Assembly (NCBI GenBank): GCA_964016885.1
Contig: OZ024740.1
Coordinates: 136,586,001-136,650,000 of the forward strand
Length of the DNA: 64,000 nucleotides
Reading direction: 5' to 3'
Origin: Eledone cirrhosa
Taxonomy: Eukaryota
Of the stretch, positions 1-10,739 are shown in pieces; the stretch's first letter is position 1; the number at the start of each line of letters is the position of its first letter. A program made the translations under genes and the position numbers. The notes under the pieces were generated by a model that saw only the letters and a list, made by a program, of their open reading frames with translations, had not been told where the DNA came from and searched no databases.

Positions 1-1369
1 GGTCTACTAAGGGTAATTTCTCTCTCTCCCATTCGTTCTCCACATTCATCAGTCTCTCATAATGACATTTCCAGGCCTCCTTTTTCTGATCATTCGTGAC
101 ACTAAGTACACCGGCATCATCCCGGACACATTTATCTCCAACAACATCCTGATTTGCATTGACACACTGACTTGCAATGTGGAACACCGCACGCCTCTGA
201 TCTTCCCGTCGCAGAACATTGGCAAACCTCCTACTCTCAGCCTCCCTGCGTGCTAAGTACACCTGACGTCTAGCTTCTCTCTTAGTGGCTGTATATTCTT
301 CCCTACTCCCACCCTTTTTCCAAGCCTTCCATGCTAGTCTTTTGTCTCTAATGGCCTTATCTACTGTGCTGTTCCACCACCAGGTCACTCTCTGTCTGGT
401 TGGAGCTCTGCTCCAGCCACAAGTTTCATCAGTAGCCTGCAGCAAGTTGTCACGTAAGAAATTCCAGTTATTATCTATGTCATACGTCTCTAAATCGTCT
501 TCTTTTTCGTCATATACATCTTGAAGGGCTTTCTTAAATTTGTATTTTAGTGAAAGGTCTTTTAGCTTCCAGAACTTTCTTCTCCACACCTTCCTATATG
601 TCTCATGCCATCTCTTGCTTACTGAGATATCACTAACAACTAACCTATGCTGTGGGGTACATTCTTCCCCAGGGTATGCCTTGGTATTAGACACTATCTG
701 CCTGTCCCGCTGCCTAACTAGTAAGAAGTCAATCTGGCTTATGTCCTCACCAGATTTGTAGGTTATTAGGTGATTGGCAGGTTTCTGGAAGTTTGTGTTG
801 CAAATAGTCAATGTACCTGCATCTCAAAATTCAAGAAGTCTCACTCCTTCTTCATTTCTTGAGCCGTAACCGTGCCCACCATGTACCCCAGTGTAACCAT
901 CCTGGAGCTGTCCAACATGACCATTGAAGTCTCCTGCTAGTATAACGATGTCTCCGTCCTCTGTCATTGCGGTTGTTTGTAAAAGTTGCTCGTAAAAGCA
1001 GTCTTTCTCATTTTTGCCTAGGCCTGCTTGGGGAGCATAGCCCGAGATGATTATCAGTAGTCTCCTGCCTACAACTAATCTAAGCTTAATTATTCGATTA
1101 CTAACTCAAACTACCTCTATTGTCTTATTGATCCATTTCTCAGCCAGGAAAATGCCTACTCCCCCTAACCCATCATCCTTACCTACCCAGAATAGCTTAT
1201 AGCTAAGACGTATGCTTACGACTAGTCTCGCAGAGGCACCTCTCCATTTCACCTCTTGCACGCAGCACACATCCACCTGCCTTCTCTCCAGCATATCCGC
1301 TATTTCAGCAGATCTACCTCTGAGAGTGCCAACATTAAGTGTTGCAACTCTGAGATGCGACGTCTTCAT
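1..1369 (-). mobile_element. RTE-clade LINE, 5' part (APE endonuclease and linker), degenerate, runs off the window start
   Basis: ORF 1106-1369(-) MKTSHLRVATLNVGTLRGRSAEIADMLERRQVDVCCVQEVKW is an APE N-terminus; the minus strand continues with AGDFNGHVG, NEEGVRLLEF and WWNSTVD-type RTE motifs. Confidence 0.85.
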
Positions 1370-1409
1370 ATTTTGTTTTTTTTCCTATTTGTTGCTGTGC
1401 TGATAAATA

Positions 1410-1432
1410 AAATATATATATATATAAATAAT

Positions 1433-1494
<62 letters not shown>
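1410..1494. repeat. (TA)n microsatellite
   Basis: Direct sequence. Confidence 0.95.
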
Positions 1495-1498
<4 letters not shown>

Positions 1499-1825
1499 GA
1501 CGTAAAATAAGAAAATTTTAAAAATTAAAAATCAACTTACTAAAATTTTATTTTTATATGAGTCCCTAGTGTCCGCGCATTGCCTGGAGACTTAGCTGAG
1601 AATAGACTCCCTGATGACGTAATGAATTCTCGATGGTTACATTGCGTAACTATCTTTATCCCATTACAGAAACTAATTAGTTGGAGTGAAAATTTTAGTA
1701 AGTAAGTTGATTTTTAATTTTTAAAATTTTCTTATTTCACGTCTTTCTGCATCCTCCTGCATTGAACCACCTAGGTACTATGACATAACTTGTGTATTTG
1801 CTAGCATTAGTGTACATCTGTACGC
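1495..1825 (+). mobile_element. PLE pseudo-LTR fragment (family B) with ~55 bp inverted terminal segment and a hammerhead
   Basis: Inverted repeat 1495-1549/1689-1747 (gaaagacgtaaaataag.../...cttatttcacgtctttc) encloses a hammerhead motif. Confidence 0.7.
1606..1687 (+). ncRNA. Type I hammerhead ribozyme with extended helix II
   Basis: actcc-CTGATGA-c-gtaatg...cattac-a-GAAA-ctaattag-TT-ggagt; helix I actcc/ggagt; palindromic helix III. Confidence 0.8.
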
Positions 1826-4449
1826 AGAAGGTAAATATGATTAGTTGTCTGTCAGAAATAGAAAAATCATTTACAAAACTACGCTGGAGCCTCAAAAGCA
1901 AAAACAAAAGCAACAATATACGCACACACATATACAACACACATCCCAACAACAACAGACACACAGACACAAACAACAATAACAACAACACACACACCAA
2001 CAACAACAACAACAACAATAATAACATACCCAGAAACAACAACAACAGACACGCAGACACAAACAACAATAACAACACACACAACAATAATAACAGACAC
2101 GGAGACAACAACAACACACATCAACAACAGCACACATCAACAACAACAACACACACACATTCAATGCCTCTCACCACCACCACAATCTTAACAAACACAC
2201 AGACACAGAAAACAAGTAATGACAGTAGCACAGAAATCACAGAAATAAGGGAAAGTAATAGGATTAAAAGGAGAAGGGAGGCTAAGGACAAAGAAAATAA
2301 CCAAGACGAACACACAGACACACAAAATAGGGTAGATAACAACAATGAGCCAGTGAAAAGAGACAGGAGTAATTATGAGAGACATAGAAACAACCATGAG
2401 GCTGTTGGTGGAAATAGAAATAGAAACAACACAACTAACAATAACAATAGCACTAGTACACATAAAGCAGCAGCCTGGAACTCTACTTTTTATAATCCCT
2501 CCGATAAATCGTTCGACCTGCGACGAGTCCACGCCACGACTTTACCATTTAACAAACGCACGCAATTGCCGTCGCAGGTCGATGAACAAACAGAAGCACA
2601 ATTTAGTATAGCTAGATCCGAACTTAGAAATATTATAGAACAGTATAGCAAGAAGCATAATAGAATGGAGGCCCAGCAACTGGGAGAAAAATCTGCAAAT
2701 GGCTTGCGTAAGCTCATGCAACGCTCGCGTAATGGAGAGATAGCATGCTTTCCAACAGACAAGTCTGGCAGAATGTCGGTTGACAGCCTGCCAAACTACA
2801 TCCAGGCAATGCAACCCCACATCACTAACACAAGAGAGGTAACACCACAGGAGCATGAGGATAGAGAAAAAGCCCTCAATGCCCATATGGTGATGTGGAC
2901 GAATATAATGCAGCCCAACAAAGGGACTGCCAACAACTTCCAGGCCTGGAACAATGACGCGCCGGCGTTGTATGGGCTTCGAAAAGACCATAAAACGGGC
3001 AGTGACCCTGTCGCGGGACCACCAACACGGCCAGTCTGTGGAGCTAACATTGCTAGTAACTACAGACTGTCCTACTTCCTCTCCCTGATCATACGCCCCA
3101 TCATTGAAATGTCCCCAGATGTATGTGACAGCACGGAGGACCTCCTCAGCAGAGTCGGCGAGGGTAACCGATCTAGGGACCTAACAAACTGCATAATAGG
3201 TAGTATGGATGTTGTGTCCCTGTATCCATCTATTGACGTGGATTTTGCTGTGGAGAAATGCGTAGAAATGATCAGTGAGAGCAATGTTGAGTTCCGTGGG
3301 ATTGATACCAGTGAGCTGGGACTCCTACTTAAACTTACCTATAGTAATAATTACCTAGACACATATGACCTTAGCAACCTGTGCCCTACAAGACCAGCAA
3401 GAGGCAGACCACCTACCATTACCTCAATGGCCAAGAAAACCCACACAGATAGATGGAACGGGTGGACCAGAGCCATACGGACACCCAAAAACCACGATGA
3501 ACTGAAGAAAATGATTGCACATGCGGTAGGGGCCAGCATAAAACTAACCCTTAAGGAACATATGTTCAAATTTAATGGAAAAACATATGCCCAAGAGGAA
3601 GGAGCAGCCGCCATTGGTGTTAGCATTGCAGGCGACATAGCTAACTTATTCATGGTATGGTGGGACAGTAGACTTAAACTTAAGCTTAAAGAACAATTAG
3701 AAGACCCCTTAACCCTGATAATGTACTCCCGCTACGTTGATGATATAAACATCGTAGTTAAGACACCCCCACTAGAGAACAGTCAGGAACTAGAGAAAAA
3801 CACAATGGAAAGCATCCAGCAAATAGCTAACTCCATCCACCAGAGCATTAGAGTTACTATAGACTACCCAAGTAAACACCCCAACCATCGATTACCTGTA
3901 CTAGACACAGAGCTCTGGTTAGATAGCATTAATAACAATAAACAAATCCTCCATTCCCATTATGCCAAACCCATGACTTCCAAACATCTGATCCACCGAA
4001 ACTCGGCCGTTTCGGACCATACCAAAATCAACATACTGATTGCGGATTTGGTACGGCTGATGAGAAACGTGTCCCGCATGTGCAACCCCGAAGAACTAGA
4101 GAGACACATACAACACTTCATCCACCGTATGCAGTTCTCTGGCTACAATCAGAGAGATCAAATCAGAGTGTATAGAGGAGCCAGAACCAAATGGGAAAAA
4201 ATGGTAAATAATGACATAAATGGGACCTGCCCCTTGTATAGGAGCAAATTTTGGAATAGAATAGAAAGAACTAGGAACAAGGCTAATAGAATAAACTCAT
4301 GGTATGATAGCAATAAATACCAGAGTGTAATATTCATCGATACAACCCCTAGAGGTGAATTAGCTTACAAATTTAGAAGGGCCCTAGATAAACTAACTGA
4401 ATATTACGATAGTAGAAAGACCAGGTACCTCCGTAAAAACACTTATTAG
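1792..4449 (+). CDS. PLE reverse transcriptase (true N-terminus missing; frameshift near 4392 separates the endonuclease)
   Basis: 885 aa ORF with PLE RT motifs; the 26625-27440 copy shows this copy lost about 2 nt near 4392. Confidence 0.88.
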   Translation: MYLLALVYICTQKVNMISCLSEIEKSFTKLRWSLKSKNKSNNIRTHIYNTHPNNNRHTDTNNNNNNTHTNNNNNNNNNIPRNNNNRHADTNNNNNTHNNNNRHGDNNNTHQQQHTSTTTTHTHSMPLTTTTILTNTQTQKTSNDSSTEITEIRESNRIKRRREAKDKENNQDEHTDTQNRVDNNNEPVKRDRSNYERHRNNHEAVGGNRNRNNTTNNNNSTSTHKAAAWNSTFYNPSDKSFDLRRVHATTLPFNKRTQLPSQVDEQTEAQFSIARSELRNIIEQYSKKHNRMEAQQLGEKSANGLRKLMQRSRNGEIACFPTDKSGRMSVDSLPNYIQAMQPHITNTREVTPQEHEDREKALNAHMVMWTNIMQPNKGTANNFQAWNNDAPALYGLRKDHKTGSDPVAGPPTRPVCGANIASNYRLSYFLSLIIRPIIEMSPDVCDSTEDLLSRVGEGNRSRDLTNCIIGSMDVVSLYPSIDVDFAVEKCVEMISESNVEFRGIDTSELGLLLKLTYSNNYLDTYDLSNLCPTRPARGRPPTITSMAKKTHTDRWNGWTRAIRTPKNHDELKKMIAHAVGASIKLTLKEHMFKFNGKTYAQEEGAAAIGVSIAGDIANLFMVWWDSRLKLKLKEQLEDPLTLIMYSRYVDDINIVVKTPPLENSQELEKNTMESIQQIANSIHQSIRVTIDYPSKHPNHRLPVLDTELWLDSINNNKQILHSHYAKPMTSKHLIHRNSAVSDHTKINILIADLVRLMRNVSRMCNPEELERHIQHFIHRMQFSGYNQRDQIRVYRGARTKWEKMVNNDINGTCPLYRSKFWNRIERTRNKANRINSWYDSNKYQSVIFIDTTPRGELAYKFRRALDKLTEYYDSRKTRYLRKNTY

Positions 4450-4861
4450 CAAGACATACCCTTTTCAAAGACCCTCATGTATAGATAAGAAATGTATAAC
4501 CTGTAAAATAAGCCCCCATATTAACTGTAAAACTAGAAATGTAGTGTATAGCATAAGATATACTGAAGGACAATGTAGAGACAAAAATATAGTGTACATA
4601 GGTGAGACAGCTCGTAGTGTAGGGGAACGGATAAATGAACACTGGCGAGACCTTCAAGATAGTCAAGAATCATCTGTACTCTACCAACATGCTAAAATAG
4701 AACACAAGGGTAAATTAGAGAACATAGAAATAAAAATAGAATCTACACACAGAAAAGACGCAATGTTTAGACAAATCACAGAGGCAATAAACATAAAAGA
4801 ATTACAACCAAAATTAAATAGAAAATATGAGTGGAACAGCAACATCACAACTTACAATTAA
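4395..4861 (+). CDS. PLE GIY-YIG endonuclease (frameshifted continuation)
   Basis: VYSIR...VYIGETARSVGERINEH...RQITEAINI; in frame with RT in the second copy. Confidence 0.85.
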
Positions 4862-5062
4862 GGACAAAATGAAAACACACACACACATAGAACAAATAAC
4901 CAACCAGTAACATGTAAATAAACAAATAAATAAATGAACATAAACACACACAGACACCCGGATGTGGCGCATGCGCAGACTGAGCACACAACGCACACAC
5001 AGAAACAAAATGGCGTAGGACAGAACAAAGGAGAGGCACAAAAACAAAGAAAGGAATCCCCA

Positions 5063-5105
5063 GTCACTGAAGAGGTCACAGAGTGTGTGACGAAAGAACT
5101 ATGAC
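5063..5105 (+). ncRNA. Minimal hammerhead ribozyme (family A)
   Basis: gtca-CTGAAGA-g-gtcaca-gagtg-tgtgac-GAAA-gaac-TA-tgac. Confidence 0.82.
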
Positions 5106-5240
5106 AATATATAAACAACTATCTGGTTGTGGACCCAACCAACCAACCATAAATTTATAAATTTATTATAATAAATTGAAGTGAAAGCAACTGGTGCGTG
5201 TGTTTCTTATTGGCAACATGACCCTCCCAAAGTATAACAA

Positions 5241-5312
5241 TATATATATATATATATAAATAATATATATATATATATATAAATAAAATATATATATATA
5301 TATATATATATA

Positions 5313-5349
<37 letters not shown>

Positions 5350-5389
5350 ATATATATATATATATATAATATATATATATATAAATAAA

Positions 5390-5426
<37 letters not shown>

Positions 5427-5504
5427 ATATATATATAATATATATATAAAATATATATATATATATATGAAATATATATATATATATATAAAATATATAT
5501 ATAT

Positions 5505-5557
<53 letters not shown>

Positions 5558-5652
5558 TATATATAACAAATATATATATATAATATATATATATATATAT
5601 AAAATATATATATATTATATATATGTATATAAAATATATATATATTATATAT

Positions 5653-5695
<43 letters not shown>

Positions 5696-5726
5696 TATAT
5701 AAGAAATATATATATATATATATAAA

Positions 5727-5758
<32 letters not shown>

Positions 5759-5834
5759 TATATATATATAAAATATATATATATATATATAATATATATA
5801 TATATATATAAAATATATATATATATATAAAATA

Positions 5835-5919
<85 letters not shown>
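5241..5919. repeat. (TA)n microsatellite
   Basis: Direct sequence. Confidence 0.95.
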
Positions 5920-5921
<2 letters not shown>

Positions 5922-6250
5922 GATATTAAACAAATGGAAACTATATTTATGAAACCATATTTATTTCATTATATATATTTCAGGGATACCATATTAAAAA
6001 TATGGCATGCCTTCGTCAGATAAAATACAATATATAAACAGTTTTATAAATAATTTTGACGTACAATAAATATAAGCGACCATTAAGATAGGAGGCTGGC
6101 TTGGTAGTGAAGTGTTTATAATTATTTAGTTATAGTGTTAAGCACAGTTAGAAAGAAAGACTCTCTTTTTTCACCTCCTCCTTCTTTCTCTCTCCCCTAT
6201 TTCTCTCTGTTTTTCTTTAGATCCATTTCTTCTTTCTCTCCGTCTTTCTT
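5920..6250 (-). mobile_element. PLE pseudo-LTR (family C)
   Basis: Homologous to 7689-7956(-), 8535-8803(+) and 23250-23510(+); contains a hammerhead; ends at (TA)n. Confidence 0.75.
5962..6027 (-). ncRNA. Hammerhead ribozyme (family C)
   Basis: Minus strand tattttat-CTGACGA-agg-c-atgccatat...atatggtat-c-cct-GAAA-tatata-TA-atgaaata. Confidence 0.82.
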
Positions 6251-6251
6251 A

Positions 6252-6552
6252 AATGTGAAGTTATGTTGGTACCACAACATCCAGTCCGAAACAAATGAAG
6301 TCGTGTAGGTGTCACTACAAAAAAACACACAGTCCACGCTGTAATGTGGCCGTGTAGGTAACACGGTAAAAACCTCCCAGTACACACTGTAAACGTAAAC
6401 GTGGTTGGTGATGGGAAGGGCACCCAGCCGTAGAAAACCCGCCAGACAGTCCTATGCGAGCAAGACAACAACTCTTGCCTCAAGTGGAAAACTCCCGTCC
6501 AAACCCATGCAAGCGTGGAAGATGGACGTTAAACGATGATAATGATGATGAT
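6252..6552 (+). mobile_element. RTE LINE 3' UTR fragment with (GAT)n tail
   Basis: Matches the 3' UTR that follows the RTE ORF at 28545-28921(-). Confidence 0.8.
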
Positions 6553-6599
6553 ACCAGATAGAAAAATGCGTACAGCAAAAAAAAGTAATATTGTTGGAA

Positions 6600-6735
6600 T
6601 ATAAACCTTTAAAAATACAGGACAAGAAACTAAAATAAAACTTTAAAAGAATAGGACAAGAAACTAAGATAAAACTTTAAAAGAATAGGACAAGAAACTA
6701 AGATAAAACTTTAAAGAATTGGACAAGAAATAAAA
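6600..6735. repeat. ~33 bp tandem repeat, about 4 copies
   Basis: Unit approximately taaaactttaaaagaataggacaagaaactaaga. Confidence 0.85.
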
Positions 6736-6809
6736 AATTTTACAATAATATTATATATATATATTATATATATATGAATTATATATATATATATATATTA
6801 TATATATAT

Positions 6810-6870
<61 letters not shown>

Positions 6871-6882
6871 TATATATATATA

Positions 6883-7322
6883 TCATCATCATCGTTTAAC
6901 GTCCATCTTCCACGCTAGCATGGGTTTGGACGGGAATTTTCCCACTTGAGGCAAGATTGGTTGTCTTGCTCGTATAGGACTGTCTGGCGGGTCTTCTACG
7001 GCTGGATGCCCTTCCTAACATCAACCACGTTTACAGTGGGGACTGGGAGGTTTTTACCGTGTTACATACACGGCCAAATTACAGCGTGGACTGTGTGTTT
7101 TTTTGTCGTGACACCAACACGACCTCATTTGTTTAGGACTGGATGTTGTGTTACCAACATAACTTTACATTGGAAGGGGTGGTGTGGATGGGGTGTGGGT
7201 AGTGGGACGGGGGTGTATTTTTGTTAAAGGTGCCTACTGACTGTAGGTTTCGCTTTGTACTTAGGCAAGGCGGGTCTTCTGTATTACTGTGTAGCGCCAA
7301 AGATCTCGGTCCAGTGACATTG
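6883..7322 (-). mobile_element. RTE LINE 3' end (ORF end plus 3' UTR)
   Basis: Same sequence family as 28545-28985; (CAT)n at 6883. Confidence 0.82.
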
Positions 7323-7394
7323 TATATATAAAATATATATATATATATATATAAAATATATATATCTATATATATAAAATATATATATATTAAA

Positions 7395-7448
<54 letters not shown>

Positions 7449-7471
7449 TATATATATATATATAAAAATAT

Positions 7472-7504
<33 letters not shown>

Positions 7505-7688
7505 ATATATATATAATAAATATAATTATATATATAATATATATATATAATATATATAAAATATATATATATATAATATATATAAAATATATATACATAT
7601 ATAATATATATATAAAATGTATATATATATATAAATATATATAACATATATAAAATATATATAATATATATAAAATATATATATATAT
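7323..7688. repeat. (TA)n microsatellite
   Basis: Direct sequence. Confidence 0.95.
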
Positions 7689-7729
7689 ACGATATTAATA
7701 AATGGAAACTATATTTATAAAACCATATT

Positions 7730-7794
7730 TATTTCATTATACATATTTCAGGGATACCAAATTAAAATATGGTATGCCTTCATCAGACAAAATA
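7730..7794 (-). ncRNA. Hammerhead ribozyme (family C)
   Basis: Reverse complement of 8697-8761. Confidence 0.8.
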
Positions 7795-8696
7795 CAATAT
7801 ATAAACAGTTTTATAAATAATTTTGACGTACCCTATTAAATGCAACCATTATTTTTGGAAGCTGTCTGGATAGTGAAATGTTTATATTATTTTATTAGTT
7901 ATAGTGTTAAGCACAATTAGAAAAAGACGGAGAGAAAGAAAGAAAAAAAGAAAAAAAGAAAAGGAGTGTATAGCAGTGATCAAGTGAAAACATTTGCGCT
8001 TTGTGTGTCTATATTATTGGCTTGAGTAGACATAATTTCATATTTGTATCCTGATTTTTATAAATAGGGTACTTTTTGAAAGATTTAACTCAGATTTTGG
8101 TATATTGATCTCAAGTTTTTAAACTAAATATATGGTCATTATTGAACAATGTTATTTTCTCATATTATATATCAATGTCCCATTCATGAATATTGATATT
8201 TATATTTTTATTATTCATTTCATATGAATTGTTAACTCAACTTAATATGACATGACGTAAAGTTGTCACTATCTCCCCCTCTCTCTATATAGTATTTTCT
8301 CTCTCTTGAGTTTTTCTATCTGTATGATGACTTATTATCTCTCTGTTGCTTTCCTTTGTTTTTCTTATTTCTTGCTTTTTTTTCTTGCTTTTTTATTTCC
8401 TCCTATCTATTTATCTCTTTCTTTTCTACATACATTTCTCTCTCTCTCCGATATTTCTCCAGGTTTTCTTTTTCTCTCTCTCCTTCTTTCTCTCTCCTTC
8501 TCTCTCTCCGTCTTTTTTTTTTTCTTTTTTTTCGTTTTTTCTTTTTTTCTTTCTTTCTCTCCGTCTTTTTCTAATTGTGCTTAACACTATAACTAATAAA
8601 ATAATATAAACATTTCACTATCCAGACAGCTTCCAAAAATAATGGTTGCATTTAATAGGGTACGTCAAAATTATTTATAAAACTGTTTATATATTG

Positions 8697-8761
8697 TATT
8701 TTGTCTGATGAAGGCATACCATATTTTAATTTGGTATCCCTGAAATATGTATAATGAAATA
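8697..8761 (+). ncRNA. Hammerhead ribozyme (family C)
   Basis: tattttgt-CTGATGA-agg-c-atacca...tggtat-c-cct-GAAA-tatgta-TA-atgaaata. Confidence 0.82.
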
Positions 8762-8803
8762 AATATGGTTTTATAAATATAGTTTCCATTTATTTAATAT
8801 CGT

Positions 8804-10239
<1,436 letters not shown>

Positions 10240-10244
10240 AATAC

Positions 10245-10580
10245 ATATTTGTATACAGTTATGTTTGAAGCTTAATTCTATTCTAGATTAAGTTGACCCA
10301 ACGCATACAACTTCATATGCAAGTGAGATTAATCACTTCATTTACCCAAAAAAAAAATCTATATATTTTTGCCTGTTTTCAAAGTCTGGCAGTTGCAAGA
10401 ATGGGAGGGATTATCCTGACGAGAACCAGTTCGAAATGCATCGCTTGGTGGCGTTAGCTGCCAGTGTTTTTCATAGCTATGGCTTTCTAAATGTTTATTT
10501 ATAAACATACCATATTTCTTTAGAAATACAAAATTCAAATGCATATTTGTATACAGTTATGTTTGAAGCTGAATTCTAAT
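10245..10580 (+). mobile_element. Probable solo PLE pseudo-LTR (family D) with ~35 bp terminal direct repeat
   Basis: catatttgtatacagttatgtttgaagct at ~10245 and ~10542; hammerhead core between them. Confidence 0.6.
10413..10446 (+). ncRNA. Minimal hammerhead motif with weak helix I
   Basis: CTGACGA-gaac-ca-gttc-GAAA-tgca-TC. Confidence 0.6.
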
Positions 10581-10739
10581 TCTATCAGAAAAAAATAAAA
10601 AGAACAAACAAAAAATTAACAAACTAAATTACTGCCGACAGCAGCACACACACATTCGACGGCTATTGCACTGCTTGAAGCAAAAAAAAAATAAAACCAA
10701 CAATGCATGAATACCATCATCAATAACCAAAGAACAGCT

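Larger units (their letters stand above)
1826..5240 (+). mobile_element. Penelope-like retroelement (family A), 5'-truncated, with RT, GIY-YIG and pseudo-LTR
   Basis: RT motifs PTDKSG, RPVCG, SMDVVSLYPS, YSRYVDD; downstream GIY-YIG; hammerhead-bearing 3' pLTR ending in (TA)n; matches the minus-strand copy at 25165-27455. Confidence 0.92.
7689..8803. mobile_element. Inverted pair of family C PLE pseudo-LTRs (arms ~7689-7956 and ~8535-8803)
   Basis: ~270 bp near-perfect inverted repeat, each arm with a hammerhead, (TA)n on both sides. Confidence 0.82.

Noticed and set aside
1737-2345. Leu/Val/Cys-rich ORFs antisense to the PLE (also 25279-25759)
   Set aside because: Reverse frames of (AAC)n/(CA)n repeats
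6395-6440. Twister ribozyme upstream of the ggaagggcatcc motif
   Set aside because: The conserved GTCCCAAGC/GAGGG elements are absent
6600-6735. CRISPR-like array (also 41261-41345 and 51130-51280)
   Set aside because: Tandem repeats without unique spacers in a eukaryotic context
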